A stretch of DNA of 32,278 nt from Intoshia linei (taxonomy: Eukaryota > Animalia > Orthonectida): assembly GCA_001642005.1 (NCBI GenBank), contig LWCA01000328.1:1-32278 (forward strand). The letters are read 5' to 3'. Shown here in pieces: positions 10,238 through 23,800 of this stretch (position 1 is its first letter; each line of letters starts with the position of its first letter). The notes under the pieces were generated by a model. The model did no database searches. It was not told where the DNA came from and saw nothing but the letters and a program-made list of their open reading frames with translations. A program made the position numbers and the translations under genes.

Positions 10238-13200
10238 TTATGGTGTCAATCTTTTTGGGTCTCTAGGGAACAATGACGTTTTTCGAATATTATCCAACCC
10301 CATATAAAGCATCAAAACTCGTTCCATACCTAGATTTTGGTTTAAAATTTAAATTGTATCAACAGTTACCTATTCCGCAACCCGCGTGTGGTTTCACTCC
10401 ATACATGAATGATTCAATGTACTGTTTCAACGTAGTAACGTCTTAAATATAAATAAATGTTTTATAAAAAAATAAATCAGCGTTTACCAACCTTTTTTAT
10501 AACTTGTTTGTGTGTATAAAAGATATAAAAATAAACTTAAAAATGCAAAATTTGAATATAATCTGCACTGAATTCGTATTTCAATTTACTCAACAGTAGA
10601 ATCTCAGGTTGGGAAACGTTACTTACCAATTTGATGGTGTTCGGCTCTCATTTTTAACATTTCTGGGTCATGAATTCGCTGAGCGCCAGACAAAATTTCT
10701 TCTCCTCTCATAAACATGTCATAAGAATTTGAATATCTCTAAATAAAGTATTAAAACTTACATTTATTCATCTGCCCAGTCTAAAAATTAATATAAACCT
10801 ACCCTAATGTCTTAAATTTTAAATTAATTAAGATCTAATGTCACGAATGCCATCATCAAAATTGATCTAAAATACATTCAATTGATTCGAATTTTGGTCA
10901 TGAGGTGAAGAACGGTATCCACATTTGACATAGACTGTGAGATGTAAATATAATACTTTTTAAATTACGTTATCGTTTGGATCTGGCATAGTGTAAAAAG
11001 CGCGAATATCAAGTGGAAATTTGTCCAAAATAAAGAAATCAGTAGCATACTAAGAATACAATAATAAATTTACATTAAACAATTAAAAAATAATAAATTA
11101 AAATTCTAAGGCTGTTTTTTTCAATTTTCAAAATTGAATTTTTGACTCTGAAGGTTCCAATTTCTGAGAATGAAATTTACGATAATTCATCACTATTGAA
11201 AAACTATTAAAAATTGGGTTTTTGAATTTATAAATTGAAGGTGGTACACCGACAGTCAATTTTACATAAGTAAAGAATTTTTTAATATACTTGTTTCTTA
11301 ACTAAGGCACCCAAAAGTTTTTCGTTGGTTGTAGACAAATCGTCTAATAATCCAATTTCCACACCAGTTTCCTGGAGCATTTTTATGGCGGCAGGAAATT
11401 GCAATACTAAGCTAAAATATACAATTATGGGTTATATGAAAATTTAAATTATAATAGGGATAATTACGTCGGAGTAATAAATTCAAATTTTTGAACATTA
11501 TATTGTTCTTTTACAATATTTAAATATTTTGAACATCTAAAAGTATCAATTATAACTAATATACGTTACAGTTCTTGATAAATTATAACCAAAATTAAAC
11601 ACGAACCCTTACGTTCATCATTAATTCTAACTATTCAAAGGAAAAAACTAAATTCTGACTAGTTAAATTACAAAAAAAGTTTATTCGATTATAACTCTTC
11701 CAAAAATACTTATATATCCTATTAAATTGTAATCTGGACATATTACGATATTTTAAACGACTATACCTGGATTCTAAACTGACAAAAATATATTCAAACA
11801 TTCTACCAATAAAATGCATAACTTCGTGATAATGAACTTGAAAAGTCATTTCAATATCCATTCCAATGTACTCTGTCAAATGACGATGTGTATTAGAATC
11901 TTCAGCACGAAAAACTAAATTTCATTAAATTAAGTATACTTTAATGTATTCATGAACATTAATAACTAGTAGATTAAAATTAAAAATCAGTGATGTGCAA
12001 TATTTTTTTATTATTTATTGTTGTGTCGCAAAACAGTAACGACGTAAAACAAGGGGTCGTGGGTTAAGCTAGTGATGAATTCATCCATTTTTTTATAATA
12101 GTTTCTTACGTTCATGCAGAAGTTATGTATTAAGTGAAAATAAAAAATTAAATTGTTCAAAAGAAGCAATATTTTTTTCTATTATTTTCTAGATATAGTT
12201 GATCAATTTTGTTTCTACAATAATTTTCCGAGGGTAAACTTCTTCCCATATTTTTAAATAAATCTTTGAGTTTTGACTGTACAACTTTGTAAAATTCTAA
12301 TTAGCACATTAATATTTATATCATTATTCTTATAATGGCCCTACTTATAACACAAATTAAATAAAAAATAGCAGATTTTAGCAAACATGTTGCATTTTGA
12401 TCATAGGTAAAAACTGTAAAGTGTAAAAAAAAAAATATGTATATTCAAATGCGGACCACTCATTCCAGAATTGGGTTAGCAAATGGTTCGCGGGTAGCAT
12501 AATTGACACCCCTGGTATGATGATAATTCCATATTATGAATATTTTAAAAAACATCATTCTACAGTTCACGAAACAGTATATTAAATACATTATCTAAAA
12601 AATAACAAAATAACCTGGACCAATCGTATAAACTTTTTCAAAATCTGCAGCAATGGCCATTTGCTTATATAATTGAGGCGATTGAGCCAAAAAAGCATTA
12701 TCATTTTTAAAATATTTGAGTTTAAACACATTGGCACCTCCTTCACTGGCCGCTAAAATAAATTACTATAGATTAACCACTTCAACGTCATTATTCTTTA
12801 CTTCAATGTCTTTCAACGGGGGTCGCCAACACAAAACATTTGAAAACTATTGCGTTACATAATGTAGTGATGTTGTATCAATTTTAAAATGTAACTCACA
12901 TTATACAATTGAATATCTGTGTCTGTGTTAGCTTTTAATTAAAAAGTTAAGTCCTAAAATTAAAAAAACCCAATTTATTATACAATTTTCGAAAGTTATG
13001 TTTTATCACAAATTTCATTGTCAGAAATCATTCAGAGTCCTTCAGAGTCAAGACCTTTAATTATCTTATACTTTTTAAATTGCCTGATTAAAAAAAGAGA
13101 CTAGAGTTTTAAAGAACATAAATTCTGGGACGCATATTAAAATCATTACTATTGTGATAAATATCAACTTCAGAACATCTTAACGCTCAGTACCACAAAA

Positions 13201-15634
13201 TAACTTTTTTTGAAATTCAAAAAATTAAAAATTAAAACTCGTAGATTTACATAAAACATAAATTCTGATATAGTTCTAAAAACCATAAACAGTATGATAA
13301 ATCGCAACCTCAAAAAAGTGCATTTTCACGATCAAAACCCACATTACGCTTTTTTTAAAAAATGAAAATATTCGTAGGATGTTTTAAAAAATTACAACCA
13401 AAATTATAACAAGTATTCCATACATATCTAACAGGTTTTCGGCTTTTAATGAATTATTAGGAGTATAAATGTTCTAAAAAGTGGTTCATGATAAGGAATG
13501 ACTACGAAAAATATTTCTTAATTGAATTCCTTGTAAATAAGCAAATAACAATATCTAAATGTGAACCAAATTTCTTAAAAAAGTAAAAAAGTTTGTGTAA
13601 TAAAAACGGTCCCCAAATAAAAATAAAAAACACTGTTTATTGTAAATAATTTCAAAACGTAAAAATAAATACCAGAAATTAATTTCGGTGTATGAATCTC
13701 AATAAAATCGTTTTCATCCAAATATTCCCTAAATAACTTGCAAATATGGGCTATTAATCTAAACAGAGCTTGATTTGTTGGAGTTCTCAGATCAATAACT
13801 CTATTATCCAATCGAGTATCTTGATTTACAACTGGTAAATCACTATTCTAAAAAAAAATTTAATTCATACATAAAAAGGTCAACATTTTTATCAGTATTC
13901 AACCCACTTCGCATTGCATCGCTCAATTGTAATGGCAAAACTGGATTAGATGAATTTAAAACCCAAATCTAAAACAGTGTATGGATTTATAATAGAAACA
14001 TTTATAAAAGTTTTCAACTTACTTCGTCAATATGTAATTCAACATTTGCCTGAGTACATTTTACCGGTGTAGGAGTTTTTCGAATAAAACCAATAAATTC
14101 TACTATTGATTCCAAATTTATTCTAAAAATAGTTGAATTAATATCTAATACTTTTTGTATAACTCTATGAGGCACGATTAGTCATTGTGATTTCCCGGGT
14201 TTCAAGAATTTCCCGGAAAAAATAAAAATTTTTGATTCATATATAATATAGAAGCATTAAAAATTTTAGAAACCTTAATTAATTTTATAAACAATTAGAA
14301 ATTTAATTAATGAAATAACACGAATCTAGATTGAAATTTACAAATTTAATTAGAAAAAAATTTATTTATTTTAGATTGCTGAAAAAGTGTTTCAACACAC
14401 ATAATATTGATAGATTCGTCTTTTAAATGCGTATGTTTACGTATGCGTAAAAATGCGTTCTACGTTTTGTAACGAAATTAGAAGCAGTAGAGAAATTTCT
14501 TTCATTTTGTGTTGACGTTGGTTGAACAGTCATAAGGGCTTCCTTTAATTTTAACAATCTTGATCATAGCGTTTAGTTCATAACAACTCATAATATTTTG
14601 CAAAATAATATTGAAAAAAGTGGATAATTCTCTTAAGCGTTAGTAATTTGGGGTTGGAATAAGAGGTTTTTAAAAAAAGGATATTTTTCCATTAAGGGCA
14701 TGAAATTTAGATTTTTTGGTTTGATGAAGTGGATTTTTGAAAAGAATATCGTTATAAGTCAATTTTTCCATGAGGGCTTGAAATAGTATTTTCGATTAAA
14801 TTTTATTAGTGGTGGGATTTTTGAAATGGTAAATTTTAAATATAATATAATCATATTTTTATAGTAATAACAAACATAAATCAAATACAGGTATGTTTCA
14901 ATTTTTTAGCGGGAAATCCCGAGAAATTTAATCAATGTTAATAATAATTAATTAATTCATGAGTCACGAACCTTAAAAAATTTCCTAAAATATTTTTTTT
15001 TACCTCAAAAAATGACCCCTTTAATAAAGGCTTTATGTAAAAATATTAAATTTTTAGCGTTTATTGCTATGCATTGTGTGGTTATAATTTTTGATCTCAT
15101 TCGACATTTACAAACAATCTTTAATCTTAGATTCGACCATAACATAAATTAATTAGTTATACACCAATAAGTTAATGATTAACCGAGAATAGCGATTCAT
15201 AAAAAAATAAATCTTACGCTGCAACAAATTTCACCAAATCAGTACTGACAATTTTAGAAGCCATAGCTAAACATTGAATGGTATACATTTGCTGTCTGGC
15301 TACAATAAAACATTGCTTGCCACTTCCACGACTATTAAAAACTCTGGCAATAAGTCTAATTCTATCAGTCGATTCTTCAATATCATCAGCAAGCGACAAT
15401 AATTTTTCACTTCTTTTTTCGTTAAATTGAGATGTAACTAGTGGACTAAAACCATACTTTCCTTTAGAAACATCAGGTTTAATTACAATTTCAGATTTCA
15501 AATTTTCTTTCTATTAATTATTCCAAAAGATTTAAAAAATATAAAACCTTTTTAGCCTTCTTTTCTTCTTTCAATTTTTGTTTTAATAATTTTTTTTGAG
15601 CAGATTTAGACAATGGTTCCTGAATTTCAGTCAT
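10238..15634 (-). CDS. DARS1: Cytoplasmic aspartyl-tRNA synthetase
   Basis: 13 GT-AG-joined exons from ATG 15634 to TAA 10238. Motifs: [43 protein letters not shown], motif 2 [34 protein letters not shown], motif 3 [11 protein letters not shown] and terminal [10 protein letters not shown]. Confidence 0.97.
10478..10621. mobile_element. hAT-like MITE in a DARS1 intron
   Basis: Terminal inverted repeats cagcgtttaccaacct / aggttgggaaacgtta; no clear TSD. Confidence 0.6.
10836..10934 (-). ncRNA. Candidate intronic structured RNA (box C/D snoRNA-like)
   Basis: Sense to DARS1. Terminal stem ctatgtca/tgacattag and an internal ATGA...TGATGA pair (D'/C'-like) flanking a stem. The terminal C and D boxes are non-canonical. 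Confidence 0.3.
11110..11235 (-). repeat. Helitron-family repeat fragment
   Basis: tttttgactctgaaggttccaatttctgagaatgaaatttacgataa closely matches 2036-2083. Confidence 0.55.
12020..12072 (+). mobile_element. Isolated Helitron-like 3' terminus
   Basis: Imperfect hairpin acgac...gtcgt followed by aagCTAG|T, the same ending as at 7169-7176. Confidence 0.4.
12896..13480 (+). mobile_element. Divergent, truncated Helitron-family copy in a DARS1 intron
   Basis: The start ...tctgtgtctgtgttagc resembles 18820-18840. aaatttcattgtcagaaat...ccttcagagtcaaga matches the family subrepeat, and acataaattctg recurs at ~140-bp spacing. End approximate. Confidence 0.5.
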
Positions 15635-15734
15635 TTAATTTTATTACAATTTATTTTAAAAATTTAAATATCGCTCATTGAATGTAAAATTTTCATATAC
15701 AATACAATTTATTTATAATTAACATGTTAATTTA

Positions 15735-17584
15735 CTAGAGAAATTCTAATCCAGTATAAATGGTTTTATCGATAAACAAATTATTAACGTAAACTGATCC
15801 AAAAATGTCAAAAAGCCAAAAGTAACTTTCAGTTTTGGCGTTCTCATCTATACCGAAATGTTCAGTTTTGATCGCTACAATCAATTCGCAATTTGTATTG
15901 GGTACAAATCTGAAAGCAGAAAACCCACGAGTGTATTCGATTGCACCAATTTCAGTTTTTGTAAAATCTGACATGTCGTCATTCATACACAGTAATAGAT
16001 TCGTTGCAGATTGGCGATCTCGAGATTTTTCATATTGTAGTTTGGATGCTCGGCGTGGTAGAAAACACCATCTTTTTTTACAACTGTCCCATGCTACTGC
16101 TTCATGCGATATGTAACCTAAATTTGTAGTTTGTAGTGAAAAAAATTTGTTAAAATGTAGAAATGAACTGCACCAAATGCCTATTAAGTTAATTTAACAA
16201 TTAATTCTTCTGATTTGAGATGTAAGTATTGAAAAATTTGTTTAATCGTGGGTTCATGGATTATTATAATGAATACTTCAATTACCTGGTACATCGAATT
16301 CGGTTTGTTGTTGTAAAAATTGATATTTATCTTTCCAAGACAGTATTTCTTTTTTATTTGCGGAATCAAATACGTAGACATGATCTAATTGTATCATTAT
16401 TTATGACAATAATATCCGAAATGCACGGAACATTTCCCTAACGAATTTTAAGAAAAGGATATTACAAAATTTTCTGTGATATTTAAAAATCTTTAAGGTT
16501 TCTAGCTATAATAAACCAAAAATCAATAATCGTATAGAATGAAAAAAAGAAAATTAAATTGTTATTGAATTAATGATTGTTTAATCATACTGCTTTAATA
16601 CCTAAAAAACTGATACATTATATACACAATTAGCTTGAGTGGACTAAAAGTAGCTGGCCCTACCGACAGCAAACTTTTTTAATTTACCAAAAATTAAGTG
16701 TGGGTCACATTTTGATAAACTTTTACTTTATATAAGTAAAGATTACAATTTAAATCAATTGAAGCATTGCCATTGGTGTCATATGTTGAACCTGTTCCAC
16801 CCATATATAAGAATTCATCCTTCGTTGTGATCCATTCAATTTTTATACTATCTAAAATTTTTGAAATAACATGGCGAACCAAGTAAAGTCATAAACTTAA
16901 TAAAAAATACTATTTACCGAAAGCGTTGCCAATATCCTGATAAAAGAATCGAGGTTGTGCCGATTTGGCCAAGACATCCAAATTGTAGATTAAGTTGAAT
17001 TTTGTATTTAAACTAATCATTTCCCCATTATAAACCACAATATCCATCAATTTCATAAAATTGTCGTTCCAAATGTCCACATTACGTATCAAATCCAAAT
17101 TAACTGATAATGATGCAGTAGGCCTTGACACGGTATAATCCCTACTCATATTTAAATGAACCGTTTTGAGCGTACTACCCCATTTCATTTCTAAAATTAT
17201 GTATCACAAAGTACTATTAATTAAAATACCCATTGATGTCCTATTTTTACGACGTTGCTCATTACTCAATAATAACACTTTTACGTCAATAATGTCCGCA
17301 TAACTATCCAATTGATCTTGCAAATAATTTGTTAAAGGATATGTTTCATTGTAGTTGTAGGCTGAGTTTGAAGAAGAATTTTTCATTAATTGACTCAAAT
17401 ACAAAGCAAAAAATATAATTAACAAAATGATCAAAATAACAAACACAACAATCATTAAAATCAGTTTCAAATCAAATTGTATTGTTTCAACAATATTCTT
17501 CTCAGGTTCCTGTGACTTTTTTGGAACTGGTTTCACTGGTGTTTTTTTATCTTCAATTATAACTTTTGAAACTTTTGTTCCCAT
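15735..17584 (-). CDS. CANT1/Cimex-type apyrase (calcium-activated nucleotidase) homolog, type II membrane protein, divergent active site
   Basis: Exons approx. 17584-17230, 17190-16918, 16851-16747, 16384-16286, 16118-15735. N-terminal TM helix, YNETYPLT, KIEWITTKDEFLYMGG, PGYISHEAVAW, WCFLPRRAS, RGFSAFRFVPNT, IVAIKTE and terminal YTGLEFL. Confidence 0.9.
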
Positions 17585-17806
17585 ATTAGAAAATTATCAA
17601 GAAAAAATTAAGAAAACAATGAAAGTTCTGATAAATAATTATTGTAAGAATTAATGAAATTAGTGAAAAAAAGCAATTATCAGTATAATTGCGAAAGGAT
17701 AAGTTAGGGATTAATACATGGATTAAACTTTGCTTTAACCTCGATTTTAAATGTGTCGTGAAATAAAATTTTAATTTAAACAGGTTTACAAATGTGTTGT
17801 GGGTCA

Positions 17807-20800
17807 TTACTTTGAATTATGGTTTGAATTGCCATTAACTTTTTGTTCACATAAACGTTCGTTTATATCGCATAGCATATGCAATCTCTCACTAAGTTGT
17901 AGTGAAGCAATGTGCAAATCGCTTTGAGTCGTTTGATGAACAATTAATATTTTTGAAGGTTGATCCAATGAAGCCTAAATGTATATTTAATCGTAGTAAC
18001 AATACATTATCCTATTATAATCATTTATTCATTTCAGTCAGATTTATCGCTTAACTATTAGTAAATTAAAATTTAGTCAAATATATTTCATTGTACTTAC
18101 ATTGTATGTCATTTTCTATCCTGTATAATTTATGAAAAAGTTTAAATATAAAAATAACATAATTTACAATAATTTAAAATAATTTAATTTAACATGTAGT
18201 TTTAGAAAGTGTTTGGTATTAGTTATATCAGGGTTTCTCATCCATTTTTATCACGAATCGCAATTTCGCATTAAATATTTGTGAACATCTTAAAATCGAA
18301 ATCTAATCTAATACATGTATTACTTATTTATGTTTATAATGATAGTTGAATATAAAACTTTTCATGAGGACCGGTTAGGGTCCACGATCTGTATTGAAAA
18401 CCGCTTAGTTAGGTGGATGTACATTAAAATATATTACACTAATTTCGTCGTTCAAAATCATTTTAGCGACAATAGCATATGTTTTTTTAAAATCCAACTG
18501 CATTTGTCCGGAGAGAATTTCAAGAGATATATTTTCATAACATGAAAGACATGAAAAAAGGTATACTCTCAAAGCTTGTTCTTTTATTTTGTATTTTAAC
18601 ATTTCTTTTATTTGTTTACTATCTTCAAACAGATTCCATATCTAAAATATAATATTAAAATTAATTACAATTTTAATGGGTTTCAAAATACAATATATGC
18701 ATTTTATCAAGTACCGTAGGTCCGTGATTATCAACTGGAGTGTGCGCACTGCGCACGTAGGGGTGAATTTGAAAATGTAACATTTTTATAAAATAATCTT
18801 AACTTATATAAAATTCTCTGTTTGTGTGTCTGTGTTATCGTTTATTTAAATAACTAAATACTAAAATTTTAACAAACACAAATCCCAAATCAGTTTTTAC
18901 CGGTGTAAAAAGTAAGATACATTTCAATCTCAGAAAATTACATCTTCCCGGTGAAAAACCCAATTATCCTTTTTTATGTACTAGGATTAAAAAAATATAC
19001 ACTCTGATACACATTTTAAAATCATAGGCATCATCATCAATCGCAACCTCAACAAATAGCATTTTACGGTCAAACTCACAAATTACTCTTTTTTTAAAAA
19101 ATAAAAATAGTACTATAATTGAATAAAAATTACTGCTCATACAGTTAATTAACACACACAAAAATTTCATTTAACATTTATATTCATTTAATTTTTTTTG
19201 TTAAAAAAATAAACAATCATTGATTAAAAATTTTAAAAAATAAAAAATTTAGTGTTATGTTTAGCCTTTTATCTTAAACATAAAATTCATATAAACATGT
19301 AAAAACCTTTTTATCCATGTAATCATTAACGAGGAGATTGTAACATTTTTGCCAACATCCAAATCTCAGATGTTTTGTTGCTTGTACAACGTGTTCCCTA
19401 ATTGTTTCTACAGGTCCAGGTAGTTGTTTTTCATGATATTTTAGAATATAATGAAAATTTCTACTAATAGTTCGTCTCTTCAGATCAAATTCTTTAGCTA
19501 AAATAAATAAATATATAAATTATTTATAATTACATCACATTGTATAACTAAACAAAGTGGTTTTTAGTTTTTATCATTTTATAGCTACCCCCACTCATAA
19601 CACCATACAGTATTACTAAATGCAATGAGAAATTGTTTTTCTTATATTTTTATACACGAATGTTTGTGCTTATTTTCTATTCTACATAGTTTAACTAGTG
19701 TTATATTTAAGGCAAAATTTTTAATAACAGTAAGTTTAATAAAAAATTTTACTGCACAAAGTTATCATAATAAAAATATTTTAAAAGACGTCAGCCAGAT
19801 ATTAAATAAATAATTACACGCCATATACTGTGTTTCAATTAGAACCGCACAAATCAAGTAAATACTTTCGACAATTTCTAGGTTGATGTGAAGATGGTAA
19901 GGTAAAATTCTTTTTTTTTCAATAGTTTCTTGTTCAGTGGTTTTATCATTATACTTCAAATGGGAAATGCCTTGGGAAAGCAATTCCTTAATCCGCATAC
20001 CACTCATCATGTCAACTAAAGCAGTATGTGCTTGCATAATACACCCGTGACGAAAAGAGGACAAAGCAAATTGAACCAAAGCCCGATTATACATAACTTG
20101 TATAGATATATCATAATTTATTATAGAATGTTGTAAATGTGACATAAGTAGCATTTCTTTTGCAATAGTATGCTTATCCGAGACAGATAAAAAGTAAATG
20201 TGACATAGGGCAGTTTTAACTTTAATATCATTATGACAATCATGATTGTAAATGAATTTTGCATATTTTTCAAAATTACTATAAATTTCGTCATTTTCAG
20301 GTTTTTTAAAGTAAAATTGTCTAATCCATATATAGTAAGTTCTACACAAGTTTCCATCCACCGGCAATTCCATTTCATTAGAAAAATATACGATGAGATC
20401 ATTAATATATTTAACTAATTTTTTGTCGTCTTTTAATCTATTTATATAATCAACAGAATATTGGTCCATTGCTTGTAATATTTTATTCAATTCTTCGTCA
20501 AATTGTTCAACAATCGATACTAGACAATACTTAATTCTTAAATTTTCCTTATTGTTGTATTCTTCATCCCTTTCAGGTATATCAATGGAAACTTTAATGG
20601 TAGATTTGTTTAAAATTTCAAATATGTTTTCCACGCAATTCAGATACCTAAATTAAACATTAACATGAAAATAAACAACTAATAGCAGTAAAATTACCAA
20701 AATAAATTTCAACAATAAAAAATTACTTTTGCCAGTATTCGCTTTTAAGGTATGAAGCTTTATTTTGATCGTAAAGACAAATGATGAGACTGAGTAAAAT

Positions 20801-23800
20801 TTTTAAATCAATAGTTTCACCCAAATTATGACTGCTAGCAATTTCACGCAATTCAGTCATCAAATCAAATTTATCAGCCTCACCAAACGATTTTTTAAAT
20901 CTACTCGACAAGAGCTCATTAATTTTGCTCAATACATTTTCTAAAGAAATGACTGCGTCTTTTTCAAACATTTTTGGCTTCTACAAAAATTAATCAAATC
21001 ATAAAATGTACAATTTTTAACCTCTGTGGTTAGCATGCCATGCTTAACTACTGCCCAATCAAAACTATCGGCAACGCCACTTCTTTTTTCTTTTCTTTCT
21101 TTTTTCAATTTCTTTTTTTCAGGTTTTGAGTCTTTATCAGATCTAAGAAAATTAAAATTTTAACAAAAAAAGGGCACTTTTTCAAAAATCTCGCTGCCAA
21201 ATTCTCATCTGACGATTCACCCGAATTGGCATTATCACTAGACTCCCACGAACCATCAGAAGACTAAAATTAATTGAAAATGGAAAAAAATAAAAAACGT
21301 CATCAGTATACTCTTCAGAACTTTCTTCGGAATTATAATCTTCCTTGTTAGATTCATCGGCGATCTGTTCTAGTTCTTCTAATCAAACTTTATTAATAAT
21401 ATTTCAATAAGTTTTATAAACTACACATCCTTAACTTGTATCAAAATAAATGTGTATTTAACGGTTTCACATCCAATGATTCATATATGAATTATTCAAG
21501 ATCTTCTAAAAAATCCAATTTATGAATCAATCAAAAATTCAACCATTTTTACTAAAAATCATAATTTAATAACACTAAAAAAAAAATCCCGTTTTCTTTG
21601 AATTAATTGATAGAAAATGTTAATTTAAAAAAAATTAATCAATTACCAACACTAGTTATAACACAAATTTTTTTCTTATGAATCCTCGTACACCTTAAAC
21701 CCGAATGAGTACAATGTTAATTTTTACTAAATTATTAAATATACCTTCAGATGAGTAAACGGGATTCTAAATCATATTATAATTAAAAAATAAAAATTTT
21801 ACTAATCTAAATTTTTCCATTTCATTAGAAAAATTTTTAAAATATTTTCTAGATTTCTGACGTAAAGCTGCCAACCCTTTAGCTTTAGTTTTACTAAACG
21901 TTTCACGTAATTTTTTGTCGTTCCAAGTCTAAAATATTTTAAGTTATAATTGTAAAATAATCTAAATTACATCATTGATAAAATCTTCCAATTGAACTAA
22001 ACACCGCGTATAAAATGTCGGCACACCAGAAAGTTCAAATACGTTTTTTGATTTATCATAGCATCTTGTCATTGTTTCAAATTCTAAATTTAAAATATAA
22101 AATTAACAATGTAAACTAAAACCCATGAAAAATACGTAAGATATAACGGGTCTCACTAAACAGTGAATCACAGTAAAAAAATTTCTAAATAGTGAATCAC
22201 AGTAAAAAATGTTCTGAATCAATCATTTTGCCATTTCAGTCATTATGAAGAATTTTCTTTAATTTTAAATTTTTTCAATATCCATCATTCAAAAATTCAC
22301 ATATACCAAACCTTAAGAAAAAATACAATTGTACCAACTTTGAAATAAAAAATCCAATTTTAACATTTAGGAAAAATCTAAAACATATAGCAACAAAGCT
22401 ATTACCTGATTAATTCAAAAAGTTGAGCGATTCAAACTACATGAGTTATATCATTTTGTTCACCCTGAAATTATATATAATACTATTATAATTTTATCCA
22501 GATCAAAAAAAACGTCAATTTTGTCATACAATGTTATTTATTCATTGCAAGGTTACTTGGGGATTCACTGTTTAGAACTAGATTCACTGAAATTCACTTG
22601 GATTTCATAAGATTTGCTGTGGAGTTTACCTTAAGGTTAGATTGGTTTGGTAAAAGGAGATTTTTTCCTTAAGGTTTGGTAAAATTAAATTTTTTTCGTT
22701 AAAAGTTGGTAAAATTGGATTTTTCCTTAAGTTTTGGTAAAAGGGAATTTTTTCGTTAAAGGTTGGTAAAATTGTATTTTTTTTTAAAGTTTGGTAAAAG
22801 GGGATTTTTTCCTTAAAGGTTGGTAAAATTGGATTTTTCCATAAGATTTGTTAAAAGTGGATTTTTTCCTTAAAGGTTGGTAAAAGGGGATTTTTTCCTT
22901 AAGGGTTGGTAAAAGTGGATTTTTAAAATTCACTAAGATTTACTGTGATTCACTAAGATTTACTGTGATTCACTAAGATTCACTATGTGATTTACTGAAA
23001 TTCATAATTTGTAGTGTAAATTACTGTGATTCACTGTTTAGTGTGACCGAGGTATAATGTCCCGTGCACTGTGTGATATTTTAAAAGTTATTAAATTCAG
23101 AATTATCAATAATGCTGATGCTCAAATATAATTTTAAATATTTTCAAAAAAGAGCTATTTTGGAACACTCTAGTAAAGATAATTTAAAATTTTTAAAAAG
23201 GAACAATAAAAAATAAATACAACAAAAACTAATAAAATATTAAAGTTATGAATTGATCATAAAAAATCAGCATACAGTGTAGCAGCATAATGAAATTTAT
23301 AATTTCAATTTTTAACGTATTAAAATGAAAGTTTCAATCGATTGTCACAAAAGATAAAGATTTAAAGACTATAAATTAAACAAACCTATTAATAAACCAG
23401 ACATGTCGATAATTTTTTGTTTGTTTTTAATTTTTTCAATAATTGACATAATTTCCTCCAACCGCTTGTCTTTGTGACTCTTAACAACTCTTTTAGTGTC
23501 TTCATCACTTGATTCAACTCCTTTCAAACTAAATTGAAAATTAAATCTTAACACGTAAATATGAAAATTAGAGATCATACATTGAAATAAATAAAAATAA
23601 GAAAATAAATGGGATTTTAATTTTAATACGTTTTAAACAGCGACACTAAACCAAATAAAAAGTAAACCCGTAAAACAATTTCGAAATTAAAAGGTAACTC
23701 ATATAGCCCTAGCCATCTCTCCACGCGACTGGACTTACAGTTTAAATTTGATTCAAAAAAAAGTACTTTTTTTTAAATGCTCAATTTGGAAAAATTTTAA

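Noticed and set aside
10845-10905. SECIS-like ATGA-N10-AA...TGAT pattern on the minus strand
   Set aside because: It lies in an intron and no in-frame TGA gene is nearby; better read as a C'/D'-like K-turn.
11560-11625. Perfect box C (ATGATGA) in a DARS1 intron, sense strand
   Set aside because: No CTGA box D at a suitable distance and no recognisable rRNA guide.
14165-14975. Possible large MITE in DARS1 intron 2 (atttcccgg ... cgggaaat)
   Set aside because: Inverted matches are short and the termini could not be defined.
22630-22925. CRISPR-like periodicity
   Set aside because: Units are contiguous with no unique spacers, in a eukaryotic intron; it is a minisatellite.
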